Shown here piece after piece: positions 32,685-42,341 of a DNA stretch of 64,000 bases (positions within the stretch are counted from its first letter, which is position 1; every line of letters starts with the position of its first letter). Made by a program: the position numbers and the translations under genes. A model generated the notes under the pieces. It saw nothing but the letters and a program-made list of their open reading frames with translations, was not told the origin of the DNA and did not search any database. This stretch comes from Candidatus Multivorans sp. (GTDB lineage Bacteria; Acidobacteriota; Thermoanaerobaculia; Multivoradales; Multivoraceae). Location of the stretch: NCBI GenBank assembly GCA_965247095.1, contig OZ251997.1, forward strand, positions 4,553,210 through 4,617,209, written 5' to 3'.

Positions 32685-35600
32685 TTAGCGCCGGACCCGG
32701 ACCGGGAAGGGCGGCTTGGTCGGCTCGCTCGGAGGGTTCTCTTCCAACTGTTCGAGGACGATCTCGATCGCTTTCTCGAGCTGCGGATCGCGGCCGGCGA
32801 TGACCTCCGCCGGCCATTGCTCGACATCGACGTCGGGCGGCACGCCCACGTTCTCGACCACGAAGCCGTCCTCGGTCCAGATCGCCAGGTTCGGTGCGGT
32901 GACGAAACCGCCGTCCATCAGGATGGGGAAGCCGAGGGTGCCGACCAGGCCGCCCCAGGTGCGCTTGCCGACCAGGGTGCCGAGACCCAGCTTGTTGAAC
33001 ATCCAGGGCAGCAGGTCGCCGCCGGAGCCGGCGGTTTCGTCGATGATCATGACCTTCGGCCCCAGGATCGCCGCGCTCGGGGTGCGGAAGTCTGCGCCGT
33101 AGCGGGTTGCCCAGTGGCTGATGTACGGCCGCCGCAGGTGGTCGATGTAGTAGTCCGCGACCTGGCCGCCGCCGTTGAAGCGCTCGTCGACGATCAGGGC
33201 CTGCTTGTGGACCTGGGGGAAGAAGTAGCGCTTGAAGTAGGTGTGGCCGAGCGTGGTCGTGTTCGGGACGTAGACGTAGGCGACCCGGCCGTCGGTCGCT
33301 TCCTCGACCTTGGCCAGGTTGCGCTCGACCCACTCCCGGTTGCGCAGCGCCGACTCGTTTGGGACCGGGACCACGGAAACGGTGCGCGAGTCCGAGCCGT
33401 CGGCGTTCGGGCCGACGGTCAACTCGACGATCTTGCCGGCGGTGTTCTCGAACCGGGCGAACACGTTGTCCGTGGCGTCGAGATCGATCCCGTCGACGGC
33501 CAGCAGGTACTCGCCGGCGTTCACCGAGACGCCCGGCTCGGTCAACGGCGCCCGCAGTTCGGGATTCCAGTTCAGGCCGCCCAGCACGTGGGCGAAGCGG
33601 TAGCGCCCGTCGGCGAGTTCGAAGTCGGCGCCGAGGAGTCCGCCGCCGACCCGCTCTGGATCGTTCCGCTGGTCGCCGCCGCCGACCCGGTGGTGGCCGA
33701 CCGCGATCTCGCTGCACATCCAGCGCAGCACCTTGTTCAGGTCGGCCCGGTTGGTCACATCGGTGAGGAAACCGCTGTACTTCTCTCCCATCGCCGGCCA
33801 GTCGGCGCCGTGCATGCCGGGGTCGTAGAAGTAGTCGCGGTTGATCCGCCAGACCTCGTCGTAGATCTGCTGCCATTCGGCGCGGGGATCGATGCGCACC
33901 GTCAGCTTGTCGACCGGGATCGCGCTCTTGGTGCGGTCGATCTTGCTGGAAGTGTCGGCGATGCCCCAGTCGTCCTGGCCCGCGTAGAGCACCTTCTTGC
34001 CGTCGGCGCTGAGGGAGAAGCCGCCCACGCCTGAGAGCAGAACCGTTTCCTCGCGCGCTTCGAGGTCGAAGCGGATGAGGTCGCCGCCGCCGCCGCCGAA
34101 GCGGGATGCCGGTTGGGAGCGCAGGTAGTAGAGCTTGCCCTCGGCGCCGGCTTCGACGTTGCTGTAGCCGCCGGTCTCGATCGGAAGCGCCAGGATCCGC
34201 TGGTTGAGCCCGTCGAAGTCGATCTCGACCAGGGGCTCGTTCTCACCGTCGTCGGCCTCGCCTTCGCCGTCGGCTTCCGCGTCCTCATCGCTGCCTTCGC
34301 CGTCGGCGCCCTCTTCGTCGGCCTCCACGGCCTGCTCGTCGCTCTCCGGGGCCAGGGGCGATTCGCCGTCCGCGCGCAGCACGGCGACGTAGATGGAACT
34401 CGAGACCTCCATGTCCGCGTTCGACATCGCGAACCAGTGCTTCACCGGACCGGCGTCGGTGGAGGCGGCGAAGTAGAGGTAGTCGCCACTCCGGTCGAAC
34501 ACCGGTTCGCCGACCTCGCTCAGGCCGTCGGTGACGGGGTGGGAGCTGCCTGCCTCCACGTCGTAGACGAACACCTGCTGCATGTAGGAGCGGGTGTTCA
34601 GGGTGTAGGCGATGTACCGGGAATCGGGCGACCAGGAGTGATCGGGACGCGGACTGGCGGGGCCGTAGTAGTACTCGCTCCCGATCCTCGCCACGTCGCC
34701 GCTGTCCGTGTCGATCGTGAACAGGGTCATCGAGTTGTCGACGTAGCTGATCCGCTTGCCGTCGGGCGACCACTCGGGGTTCTGGTAGAAGCCGTTGCCG
34801 CCGCGCTCGCCGCCGAGTTCGTAGCGGCGGACCTCACCGCTGTCCTGAGTGCGGACGTGGAGCCGGTACTCGCCGCCTTCGTCCGAGAAGTAGGCCATGC
34901 TCCCGCCGTCGGGCGACCAGGTCGGGAAGCGCTCGTGAATGCCCGGAGTCCGCGTCAGGTTGCGAGCGTCACCCTTCTTGGCGGGCAGCGTGAGGACTTC
35001 GCCGCGGTAGCCGAAGGCCGCGCGCGCGCCGGAGGGTGAGATCGAGGCGCTGCGAATGTAGTCCGGGCCCTCGATCCAGCGCGGCCGGGTCTCGGTAAGG
35101 TCCGCCGCGACGCCGATCCGGAGCCGTTCATGGCGGTCCGAGCCCGGGTCGTAGAGGTGCAGGTAGCCGGCCTGCTCGTAGATCACCGTGTCCGCGGATC
35201 CCGCGAGAGCCTCGAGGTGGAAGTCCTCGAACTCGGAATGCTGAACGATCTCCCCGCTGCCGGCGTCGAACGAGAAGAGGTTGAACTCGCCCGCGCGGTC
35301 GGAACGGAAGAAGACCCGGTTGCCGATCCAGGTCGGGTCGGTGTCGTTCGAGCGGCCCTCGGGCTGGGGGATCGTCTGCACGGAGTGGTCCCCGGTGTCG
35401 TAGATCCAGATCCGCGACGTCGTGCCGCCACGGTAGTTCTTCCACTGCTCGAAGCGCTCGGGTGTGGGGATGTAGGCGATGCGACTGCCGTCGGGCGAAT
35501 AGCTGGCCCGCAGCCCGTGCGGGATCGGCAGCTTCGTGGGCATTCCGCCCACAAGGGGCACGACAAAGAGCTGGAAGTGACGGTTCGTGAACATGCTGCG

Positions 35601-35999
35601 CTGGGACGCGAACAGGACCGCGGCGCCGTCGACGGTGAAGCCCTGGACGAGGTCGGCGCCGGGGTGCCAGGTCAGCCGCTTCGGCTCGCCGCCCGCGGCC
35701 GGCATGACGAACACGTCGACGTTGCCGTCGTACTCGCCGCTGAACGCGACCAGCGAACCGTCGGGCGAGAACCGGGGGCTGGTCTCGTTGCCCGGGTGGG
35801 AGGTCAGCCGGCGCCCACCGCCGCCGTCGCGACCGGTGATCCAGAGGTCTCCGGCGTAGGCAAAGACCACATGTTCGGCGCTGACCGCGGGTTGGGACAG
35901 GAGGCGGGTGTCCGAGACGTCGACCGCCGATGCGGCGGTCGACGTGGCGGCGATTAGAACGTGGCCGAGGGTGCGCAGGGCGAGCGGTGTTCTGGTCAT
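32685..35999 (-). CDS. Tricorn-like S41 protease
   Basis: PD40 repeats (FSPDG, WSPDG), PDZ, DERFNGGG, AGSGGD, GKRTWGG. Confidence 0.93.
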   Translation of the reverse strand: MTRTPLALRTLGHVLIAATSTAASAVDVSDTRLLSQPAVSAEHVVFAYAGDLWITGRDGGGGRRLTSHPGNETSPRFSPDGSLVAFSGEYDGNVDVFVMPAAGGEPKRLTWHPGADLVQGFTVDGAAVLFASQRSMFTNRHFQLFVVPLVGGMPTKLPIPHGLRASYSPDGSRIAYIPTPERFEQWKNYRGGTTSRIWIYDTGDHSVQTIPQPEGRSNDTDPTWIGNRVFFRSDRAGEFNLFSFDAGSGEIVQHSEFEDFHLEALAGSADTVIYEQAGYLHLYDPGSDRHERLRIGVAADLTETRPRWIEGPDYIRSASISPSGARAAFGYRGEVLTLPAKKGDARNLTRTPGIHERFPTWSPDGGSMAYFSDEGGEYRLHVRTQDSGEVRRYELGGERGGNGFYQNPEWSPDGKRISYVDNSMTLFTIDTDSGDVARIGSEYYYGPASPRPDHSWSPDSRYIAYTLNTRSYMQQVFVYDVEAGSSHPVTDGLSEVGEPVFDRSGDYLYFAASTDAGPVKHWFAMSNADMEVSSSIYVAVLRADGESPLAPESDEQAVEADEEGADGEGSDEDAEADGEGEADDGENEPLVEIDFDGLNQRILALPIETGGYSNVEAGAEGKLYYLRSQPASRFGGGGGDLIRFDLEAREETVLLSGVGGFSLSADGKKVLYAGQDDWGIADTSSKIDRTKSAIPVDKLTVRIDPRAEWQQIYDEVWRINRDYFYDPGMHGADWPAMGEKYSGFLTDVTNRADLNKVLRWMCSEIAVGHHRVGGGDQRNDPERVGGGLLGADFELADGRYRFAHVLGGLNWNPELRAPLTEPGVSVNAGEYLLAVDGIDLDATDNVFARFENTAGKIVELTVGPNADGSDSRTVSVVPVPNESALRNREWVERNLAKVEEATDGRVAYVYVPNTTTLGHTYFKRYFFPQVHKQALIVDERFNGGGQVADYYIDHLRRPYISHWATRYGADFRTPSAAILGPKVMIIDETAGSGGDLLPWMFNKLGLGTLVGKRTWGGLVGTLGFPILMDGGFVTAPNLAIWTEDGFVVENVGVPPDVDVEQWPAEVIAGRDPQLEKAIEIVLEQLEENPPSEPTKPPFPVRVRR

Positions 36000-36043
36000 A
36001 TCGGTTCCTTCGGGGTCCTCATAGGGGCTGCTACTCTGCCACG

Positions 36044-37039
36044 ATGCATCATTCAAATGGAGACTCCGCAACGGGAATCGGGAGAAGACACTCAGAAGGC
36101 GAGAGTGCGCGACCGATCGGCCGGCGGGAGCTTCTTGCCGGAGGCGCGGCGGCCGTGGCGGCGCTTACGGTAGAGGCCGCCGTGCCGGCCGCGGCCAGAG
36201 CCCGGGCCGCGCAGCCTGCGGTATCAGGTGCATTCCAGCTCAAGTACGCGCCCCACTTCGGGATGTTCCGGCACCATGCCGGCGACGACCACATCGACCA
36301 GCTCAAGTTCATGCACGACGAGGGCTTCCGCGCCCTCGAGGACAACGGCATGGGCGGGCGGGAGGTGTCGCTCCAGGAGAAGATCGCCGCCGAGCTGGAT
36401 CGACTGGGCATGGAGATGGGTGTCTTCGTCGCCCACACCTCCTGGGGCGGCAAGAGCTTCGTCTCGGCCGATTCCGCGGCGAGGGAGGCGATCGAGGCGG
36501 ACATGATGAAGGCGGTCGAGGTCGCCGCGCGGGTGAACGCGAAGTGGTGCACCGTGGTCCCCGGTCAACTCGACCCGGGCCTGGAGTGGGAGTACCAGAC
36601 CGCGAACGTGGTGGAGAACCTGAAGCGGGCCGCGGCGATCCTAGAGCCGGCGGACCTGGTCGCGGTGCTCGAGCCGCTCAATCACTGGACGAACCACCCC
36701 GGCGTGTTCCTGACCGGGATTCCGCAGGCGTACCAGATCTGCAGGTCGGTCGGCTCTCCTTCGGTCAAGATTCTCGACGACCTCTACCACCAGCAGATCA
36801 CCGAGGGGAACCTGATTCCGAATCTCGACCGCGCCTGGGACGAGATCGCCTACATCCAGGTCGGCGACAACCCGAGCCGCAAGGAGCCGACCACGGGCGA
36901 GATCAACTATCTCAACGTGTTCCGGCACTTGAAGCAGAAGGGCTTCGACGGCGTCGTGGGCATGGAGCACGGCAACTCCAAGCCGGGCCGCGAGGGCGAG
37001 CGCGCCGTGATCGACGCCTACCGGGCGTGCGACGTCTGA
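36044..37039 (+). CDS. Hydroxypyruvate isomerase-family TIM barrel with Tat-like signal
   Basis: GRRELLAG; LEPLN, DLYHQQI.EGNL, DNPSRKEP.TGEINY; TACTCT 6 nt before the ATG suggests a leaderless start. Confidence 0.85.
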   Translation: MHHSNGDSATGIGRRHSEGESARPIGRRELLAGGAAAVAALTVEAAVPAAARARAAQPAVSGAFQLKYAPHFGMFRHHAGDDHIDQLKFMHDEGFRALEDNGMGGREVSLQEKIAAELDRLGMEMGVFVAHTSWGGKSFVSADSAAREAIEADMMKAVEVAARVNAKWCTVVPGQLDPGLEWEYQTANVVENLKRAAAILEPADLVAVLEPLNHWTNHPGVFLTGIPQAYQICRSVGSPSVKILDDLYHQQITEGNLIPNLDRAWDEIAYIQVGDNPSRKEPTTGEINYLNVFRHLKQKGFDGVVGMEHGNSKPGREGERAVIDAYRACDV

Positions 37040-37099
37040 GGGCGGAGGCTCCGACCTCGTGTCGGTTCCCGTATACTGAATGCAGGTGAACGAAACTGC

Positions 37100-37378
37100 A
37101 TGCAGGAGGCTGCCTTGCCTACGATGACGCTTCGGCTCGACGACGAGACCCACCGACGGCTCGATCGCCTCGCGAAGTCGACCACCCGCTCGAAGTCCTT
37201 TCTGGCCTCCCAGGCGTTGAACGACTATCTCGAGATGAACGAGTGGCAGGTAGAGCAGATCACGAGAACCCTGGAAGTTTCAGACAGCGCGGCGGCGTCG
37301 CAGTTCGTGGAGCACAGCCGGGTCACTTCGTGGCTCGAGTCCTGGGGTAGCGAGAACGAGGGAGATCCGCCTCGTTGA
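37100..37378 (+). CDS. CopG/RHH antitoxin
   Basis: TMTLRLDDE..RLDRLA..RSKSFL..WQVEQI. Confidence 0.85.
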   Translation: MQEAALPTMTLRLDDETHRRLDRLAKSTTRSKSFLASQALNDYLEMNEWQVEQITRTLEVSDSAAASQFVEHSRVTSWLESWGSENEGDPPR

Positions 37379-37659
37379 AGGTCGTCTGGTTTCGCAGCGC
37401 CATCGCCGATCTCGAAGAGGCGCGGGCGTACATCGCGAGAGACGATCCAGGAGCGGCGCGTCGGGTGGCCTCTGCCATCGTCAACGCTGTGGACCGGCTT
37501 TCGGAACACCCCGGCATCGGCCGTCCCGGACGAGTCCCAGGTACCCGGGAGCTCGTCGTGGGACGGACGCCCTATTTGATTCCGTACAGGGTCCGCGACG
37601 GCGTGGTTGAGATCCTTCGCATCTTCCACGCAAGACGTCGGTGGCCGGGCCACCTTTGA
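37375..37659 (+). CDS. RelE/ParE-family toxin
   Basis: A.ADLE..YIA.DDP..GRPGRVPGTRELV..PYLIPYRV..LRIFH; overlaps the antitoxin by 4 bp. Confidence 0.9.
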   Translation: MKVVWFRSAIADLEEARAYIARDDPGAARRVASAIVNAVDRLSEHPGIGRPGRVPGTRELVVGRTPYLIPYRVRDGVVEILRIFHARRRWPGHL

Positions 37660-37707
37660 CGGCCCTGGCTGCACCGACGCTCCGTGCGCGTCAGAGAGCG
37701 CTGAGGA

Positions 37708-38313
37708 TTACTGGGCGACGCCGAACGGCAGCACGCCCGTCTGGTTGTCCCACATCACGACGATCGCGCCGCCGCCGTCCGAGACGTCGGCGAACAGGAT
37801 CGTCATCTGGTCGATCGAGTACTCCGTCGTTTCGACCGTCATCGGCGCCCGCGCCACATCGTGCTCGGCGTTGTAGCCGTAGGCGCCCCAGGTGAGGCCG
37901 TCGGCCATCTTGTCGCGGTCGAACGTCTCCATGTAGCCCTGCTTGGAGAGGATCGCAGTCCAGGCGCCTTCCTTCAGCTCGACGAACAGGCTGTACTCGC
38001 CCGCCGGCACCGTTGTTTCACCGATCATCAGGTCGGCTTCGGTCTTGATCCGGGTCGTCACGTTCGCGCCGGCGCGCCACAGGGGGCCGCCCGCGTACAG
38101 CGCCTGGCCGTAGGAGTCGCCGGCGCCGAAGTAGCCGCTGCGTCCGCGCAGGATGGGCCGGGAGTAGGTGATGTCGATCCAGGCGTCACCGATTTGGGTC
38201 GAGGCGGCGCCCTCAGGGCTGGCGGGGCGGTCCTGAGCGACGGCGGGGGCGAAGCCGATGACCGCGAGGCACAGGCTGAGCACGAGCAGGCGGCAAGTAG
38301 TGTGTCGGTGCAT
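37708..38313 (-). CDS. DUF2911 secreted protein
   Basis: ASP, ITYSRP..RGR, WRAGAN.TT, VPAGEYSL, WG. Confidence 0.85.
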   Translation of the reverse strand: MHRHTTCRLLVLSLCLAVIGFAPAVAQDRPASPEGAASTQIGDAWIDITYSRPILRGRSGYFGAGDSYGQALYAGGPLWRAGANVTTRIKTEADLMIGETTVPAGEYSLFVELKEGAWTAILSKQGYMETFDRDKMADGLTWGAYGYNAEHDVARAPMTVETTEYSIDQMTILFADVSDGGGAIVVMWDNQTGVLPFGVAQ

Positions 38314-38387
38314 TCTCTGTTGATCTCCTGGGGGGGTATGGGAGGGCTCGAAATCGTGAAGGCGGACTCTAGCAGCTAAGGAGTCAG

Positions 38388-38553
38388 CGGGACCGCGGGT
38401 TCGACCAGGACCGGCCTGGGCTCCACCACTTCTGCTTCCGGGCCGAAGCCGCGCCGATGTCGACGCGATCTACCGCTTCCTGGTGTCCGAACTGGACGCC
38501 ACGGCCATCCACGGTCCGGAGGAGGGCTCACGGTTTGCGCCCGGCTACTACTC
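38388..38553 (+). pseudogene. Diverged internal fragment of the VOC gene (direct repeat of 47892-48058)
   Basis: Shared ggaccggcctgggctccaccacttctgcttccgggcc ... ggctactactc; one 1-nt deletion. Confidence 0.9.
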
Positions 38554-38726
38554 TGGTAGCGACAACATGCGGATGCGCGGGCCTCTACGGTTCACGAGCC
38601 CGCCGTGCGACAATACCGGTTCGCGGTTCCAGGACGCGGGCAGCCCGCTCGAGATTCCCGGACATTCGGTGGTTGGGTGGTCGTTCGCGATCAACAGCCG
38701 CTTTGCCTGGCCCAGCACCTGACGAC

Positions 38727-41177
38727 ATGCCTCTCCGCAAATCCCACCTCTACTCCTCACTTTGGAAGAGCTGCGACGAGCTGCGCGGCGGAATGGACGC
38801 GTCCCAATACAAGGACTACATCCTCACGCTGCTCTTCATGAAGTACGTCTCGGACAAGTACGCGGGGAGCGACGACTTCGCCGACATCACGGTGCCGCCG
38901 GGAGGGAGCTTCGCCGACATGGTGGCGCTCAAGGGGACCAAGGAGATCGGCGAGGGGATCAACAAGGTCATCGGCAAGCTCGCCGATGCCAACAACTACC
39001 TGCTCAAGGGCGTGATCGACCAGGCGGACTTCAACGACGAGGCGAAGCTCGGCAAGGGCAAGGAGATGCAGGAGCGTCTCACGAAGCTCGTCGGGATCTT
39101 CGAGGGACTCGACTTTCGCGCCAACCGTGCCCATGGGGACGACCTCCTGGGCGACGCGTACGAGTACCTCATGCGGCACTTCGCCACCCAGTCAGGCAAG
39201 AGCAAGGGGCAATTCTACACCCCGGCGGAAGTCTCCCGCATCATGGCCCAGGTGATTGGGATCGGCCCGGCTACCAGGAAAGACCACACCGTCTACGATC
39301 CGACGTGTGGTTCAGGATCGCTCCTCATCAAGGCCGCCGACGCGGCCCCGAACGGTCTGACCATCTACGGGCAGGAGAAGGATGTCGCGACCTGGACGAT
39401 GGCCCGCATGAACCTGATCCTTCACGGGCGTGAGGCGGCCGAGATCAAGAGCGACAACACGCTGACAAGTCCGCAGTTCACGGACGGGCCGGGGCGCCTC
39501 AAGCGGTTCGACTTCGCCGTCGCCAATCCTCCGTTCTCCGACAAGGCCTGGACGAACGGCCTGAACCCGGGCCACGACGAATACAGCCGCTTCGACTACG
39601 GCGAGCCTCCAGCGAAGAACGGGGACTATGCCTATCTGCTGCACCTGCTCGCGTCCCTCAAGAGCACTGGCAGGGGCGCGATCGTCATGCCGCACGGCGT
39701 CCTGTTCCGCGGCAACCGCGAGGCCGGCATCCGCCGCAACCTCGTCCGGCGCGGCTGGATCAAGGGCGTCATCGGGCTCCCGGCCAACCTCTTCTACGGC
39801 ACCGGAATCCCGGCGTGCCTCGTGGTGATCGACAAGGAGAATGCGGTCACGCGCGACGGCGTCTTCATGATTGACGCCAGCAAGGGCTTCCAGAAGGACG
39901 GCGCCAAGAACCGGCTCCGGGAACGCGACATCCACCGCATTGTGGACGTGTTCAACGAGCAGAAGGAGATCCGCGGATACGCGCGCCCGGTGCCGCTGGC
40001 CAAGATCGCCAACGAGACGAACGACTACAACCTCAACATTCCGCGCTACATTGCCTCCGGCGACCCCGAGGATCTGCACGACCTGAGAGCGCACCTGCAA
40101 GGCGGTATCCCAAACCAGGACATCGACGCCCTCGGCGACTACTGGGAGGTCTTTCCGGCGATTCGGTCGCGGCTGTTCTCGCCGAATGGGCGGGAGGGGT
40201 ACGGCGACGCGCTGGTTGAAGCGGACGAGGTGCGGTCGCTGATTCTCGAACACGAGGAGTTCAAGACTTACGCGGGCCGGATCCGCCAGGTGTTGGACGC
40301 CTGGCGGCAGGAGCATGCCCCCCGCCTTCGCCGACTCGAAGTGGGCGCCTTGCCCAAGGCGCTGATTCGGGAATTGTCGGAGGACCTGCTACGCCGCTTC
40401 TCCGGTCTTCCGCTACTCGACCGCTACGCCGTCTACCAGTGCCTGATGGACTACTGGGATGAGGTGATGCAGGACGATGTCTACCTGGTTGTGACTGAGG
40501 GGTGGGCGGAGGCGGCGCGGCCCCGGGTGCTGGTGCCGGCCCGGGGCAAGGTGGCCGCTGAAACGGCCGACCTGACCGTGAAACGCAAGAAGTACAGGAT
40601 GGACCTGCTCTCTCCCGGTCTGGTCGTTGCCCGGTACTTCGCGGCGGAACGCGCCGCCGTCGATGGCCTGCGGACCGAGGAGGAGGGGATCGCCCTGGAG
40701 TTGGAAGAACACATCGAGGAGAGTTCCGGAGAGGATGGGCTGCTTGACGGCGCGACCTCGGATACTGGGAAGGTGACACAGACCGCGGTGAAGGCGCGGC
40801 TGAAAGAGGTGCTCCATGATCCCGAGGCACGTGAGGAACGTGACGCGTTGGACGTCTGCCTGGAGTTGATGACGGCCCACGCCTCTGCCAAGAAATCGAC
40901 GAAGGCGGCGCAGACGGAACTGGACGCGAAAGTGCTTGCGCGGTACAAGACGCTGACCGCGGTGGAAGTCGCCGAGATGGTCGTCGACGACAAGTGGATG
41001 GCAAGCATCGAGGGCGCCATCGGGAAGGAGGTCGAGCGTCTGACCGGTGGACTGGTGGACCGGGTCAGGGAGCTGGAGGGGCGGTATGCCGACGCGCTGC
41101 CGCAGTTGGAGCAACGTGTTGAGGACCACAGCGCGAAGGTCGAGGGCCATCTGAGGCGGATGGGCCTTCCGGCGTGA
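38727..41177 (+). CDS. hsdM: Type I R-M methyltransferase subunit
   Basis: CDELRGGMDASQYKDY, GQFYTP, YDPTCGSG, NPPF. Confidence 0.95.
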   Translation: MPLRKSHLYSSLWKSCDELRGGMDASQYKDYILTLLFMKYVSDKYAGSDDFADITVPPGGSFADMVALKGTKEIGEGINKVIGKLADANNYLLKGVIDQADFNDEAKLGKGKEMQERLTKLVGIFEGLDFRANRAHGDDLLGDAYEYLMRHFATQSGKSKGQFYTPAEVSRIMAQVIGIGPATRKDHTVYDPTCGSGSLLIKAADAAPNGLTIYGQEKDVATWTMARMNLILHGREAAEIKSDNTLTSPQFTDGPGRLKRFDFAVANPPFSDKAWTNGLNPGHDEYSRFDYGEPPAKNGDYAYLLHLLASLKSTGRGAIVMPHGVLFRGNREAGIRRNLVRRGWIKGVIGLPANLFYGTGIPACLVVIDKENAVTRDGVFMIDASKGFQKDGAKNRLRERDIHRIVDVFNEQKEIRGYARPVPLAKIANETNDYNLNIPRYIASGDPEDLHDLRAHLQGGIPNQDIDALGDYWEVFPAIRSRLFSPNGREGYGDALVEADEVRSLILEHEEFKTYAGRIRQVLDAWRQEHAPRLRRLEVGALPKALIRELSEDLLRRFSGLPLLDRYAVYQCLMDYWDEVMQDDVYLVVTEGWAEAARPRVLVPARGKVAAETADLTVKRKKYRMDLLSPGLVVARYFAAERAAVDGLRTEEEGIALELEEHIEESSGEDGLLDGATSDTGKVTQTAVKARLKEVLHDPEAREERDALDVCLELMTAHASAKKSTKAAQTELDAKVLARYKTLTAVEVAEMVVDDKWMASIEGAIGKEVERLTGGLVDRVRELEGRYADALPQLEQRVEDHSAKVEGHLRRMGLPA

Positions 41178-42331
41178 ACCAGCCGTTCGATTTCGAGCGC
41201 CTCGTCGAGCTGTGCCGGCGGACCCACGAGGAAACACGACACTCGGCCGCCCGCTTCGTCGACCGCTCGCTGGTCGTGCGGAACTGGCTGTTCGGGTGGT
41301 ACATCGTGGAGTACGAGCAGAGCGGCGCGGACCGGGCCGAGTATGGCGCGCAGACCATCGAGAAGTTGTCGACGGCTCTGAGGGAGAGGATCGGGCGGGG
41401 CTTCTCCGTGCGATCCCTTGAGCAGTTTCGACGCTTCTACGTGCAGTTCGAAGAGACCCTGCCGCAGGCTGGAACACCGCAGACAGTGTCTGCGGTTTCC
41501 GCCGCTGCACAGATTCCGCAGACACCGTCTACGAAATCTGCGGCATCAGGAGAGGAACTGTCCCGGGTGCTGCGGTCGGCGTCCACCGCGCTGCTTGAGC
41601 GCCTCTCCCTCGGCTGGTCCCACTACGTCACCCTGCTGTCGGTAACCAACCCCGAAGCCCGCCGCTTCTACGAGATTGAGGCTGCGGGGAACGCCTGGAG
41701 CGTCCGCGAGCTCAAGCGACAACTGGACAGCTCGCTCTACGAGCGGCTCGCCCTCAGCCGTGACAAGCACGAAGTCCGCCGCCTCGCCCGCGAGGGACAG
41801 GTGGTCGAGAAGGCCTCGGACCTGATCAAGGACCCGGTGGTGCTCGAGTTCCTGGGTCTCGAGGAGAAGCCGGCCTACTCCGAGAACGACCTGGAGACCG
41901 CGATCATCGACCGGCTTCAGCAGTTCCTGCTGGAACTCGGCAAGGGTTTCCTGTTCGAGGCGCGCCAGAAGCGCTTCAGCTTCGACGGCCGCCACTTCTT
42001 CGTCGACCTTGTCTTCTACAACCGACTGCTGCGCTGCTACGTGCTGATCGACCTGAAACGCGGCGAACTGGCCCATCAGGACCTCGGCCAGATGCAGATG
42101 TACGTGAACTACTTCGACCGCCATGTGAGGACCGACGACGAACTGCCGACCATCGGAATCCTCCTCTGCGACCAGAAGAACGAAGCCGTGGTCGAGCTGA
42201 CGCTGCCCGAAGACGCCAACATCTACGCGTCGAAGTACCAGTTGTACCTGCCGTCGCGGGAGGAACTTGCGGACCAGGTCGCGAGGGTTCGGCGGGAGAT
42301 TCGAGGGAGTGCGGGTGGACTTGATAGGTGA
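41174..42331 (+). CDS. yhcG: YhcG/DUF1016 PD-(D/E)xK nuclease-domain protein
   Basis: LGWSHY, WSVRELKRQ, KDPVVLEFL, FLLELGKGF, DLVFYNRLLRCYVLIDLK, GQMQMYVNY. Confidence 0.92.
   Translation: MNQPFDFERLVELCRRTHEETRHSAARFVDRSLVVRNWLFGWYIVEYEQSGADRAEYGAQTIEKLSTALRERIGRGFSVRSLEQFRRFYVQFEETLPQAGTPQTVSAVSAAAQIPQTPSTKSAASGEELSRVLRSASTALLERLSLGWSHYVTLLSVTNPEARRFYEIEAAGNAWSVRELKRQLDSSLYERLALSRDKHEVRRLAREGQVVEKASDLIKDPVVLEFLGLEEKPAYSENDLETAIIDRLQQFLLELGKGFLFEARQKRFSFDGRHFFVDLVFYNRLLRCYVLIDLKRGELAHQDLGQMQMYVNYFDRHVRTDDELPTIGILLCDQKNEAVVELTLPEDANIYASKYQLYLPSREELADQVARVRREIRGSAGGLDR
41476..41538. repeat. Two in-frame hairpin repeats (39-bp period) in the yhcG linker
   Basis: accgcagac-agt-gtctgcggt and gattccgcagac-acc-gtctacgaaatc; encode PQTVSA / PQTPST. 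Confidence 0.7.
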
Positions 42332-42341
42332 GGGGCAGCGG

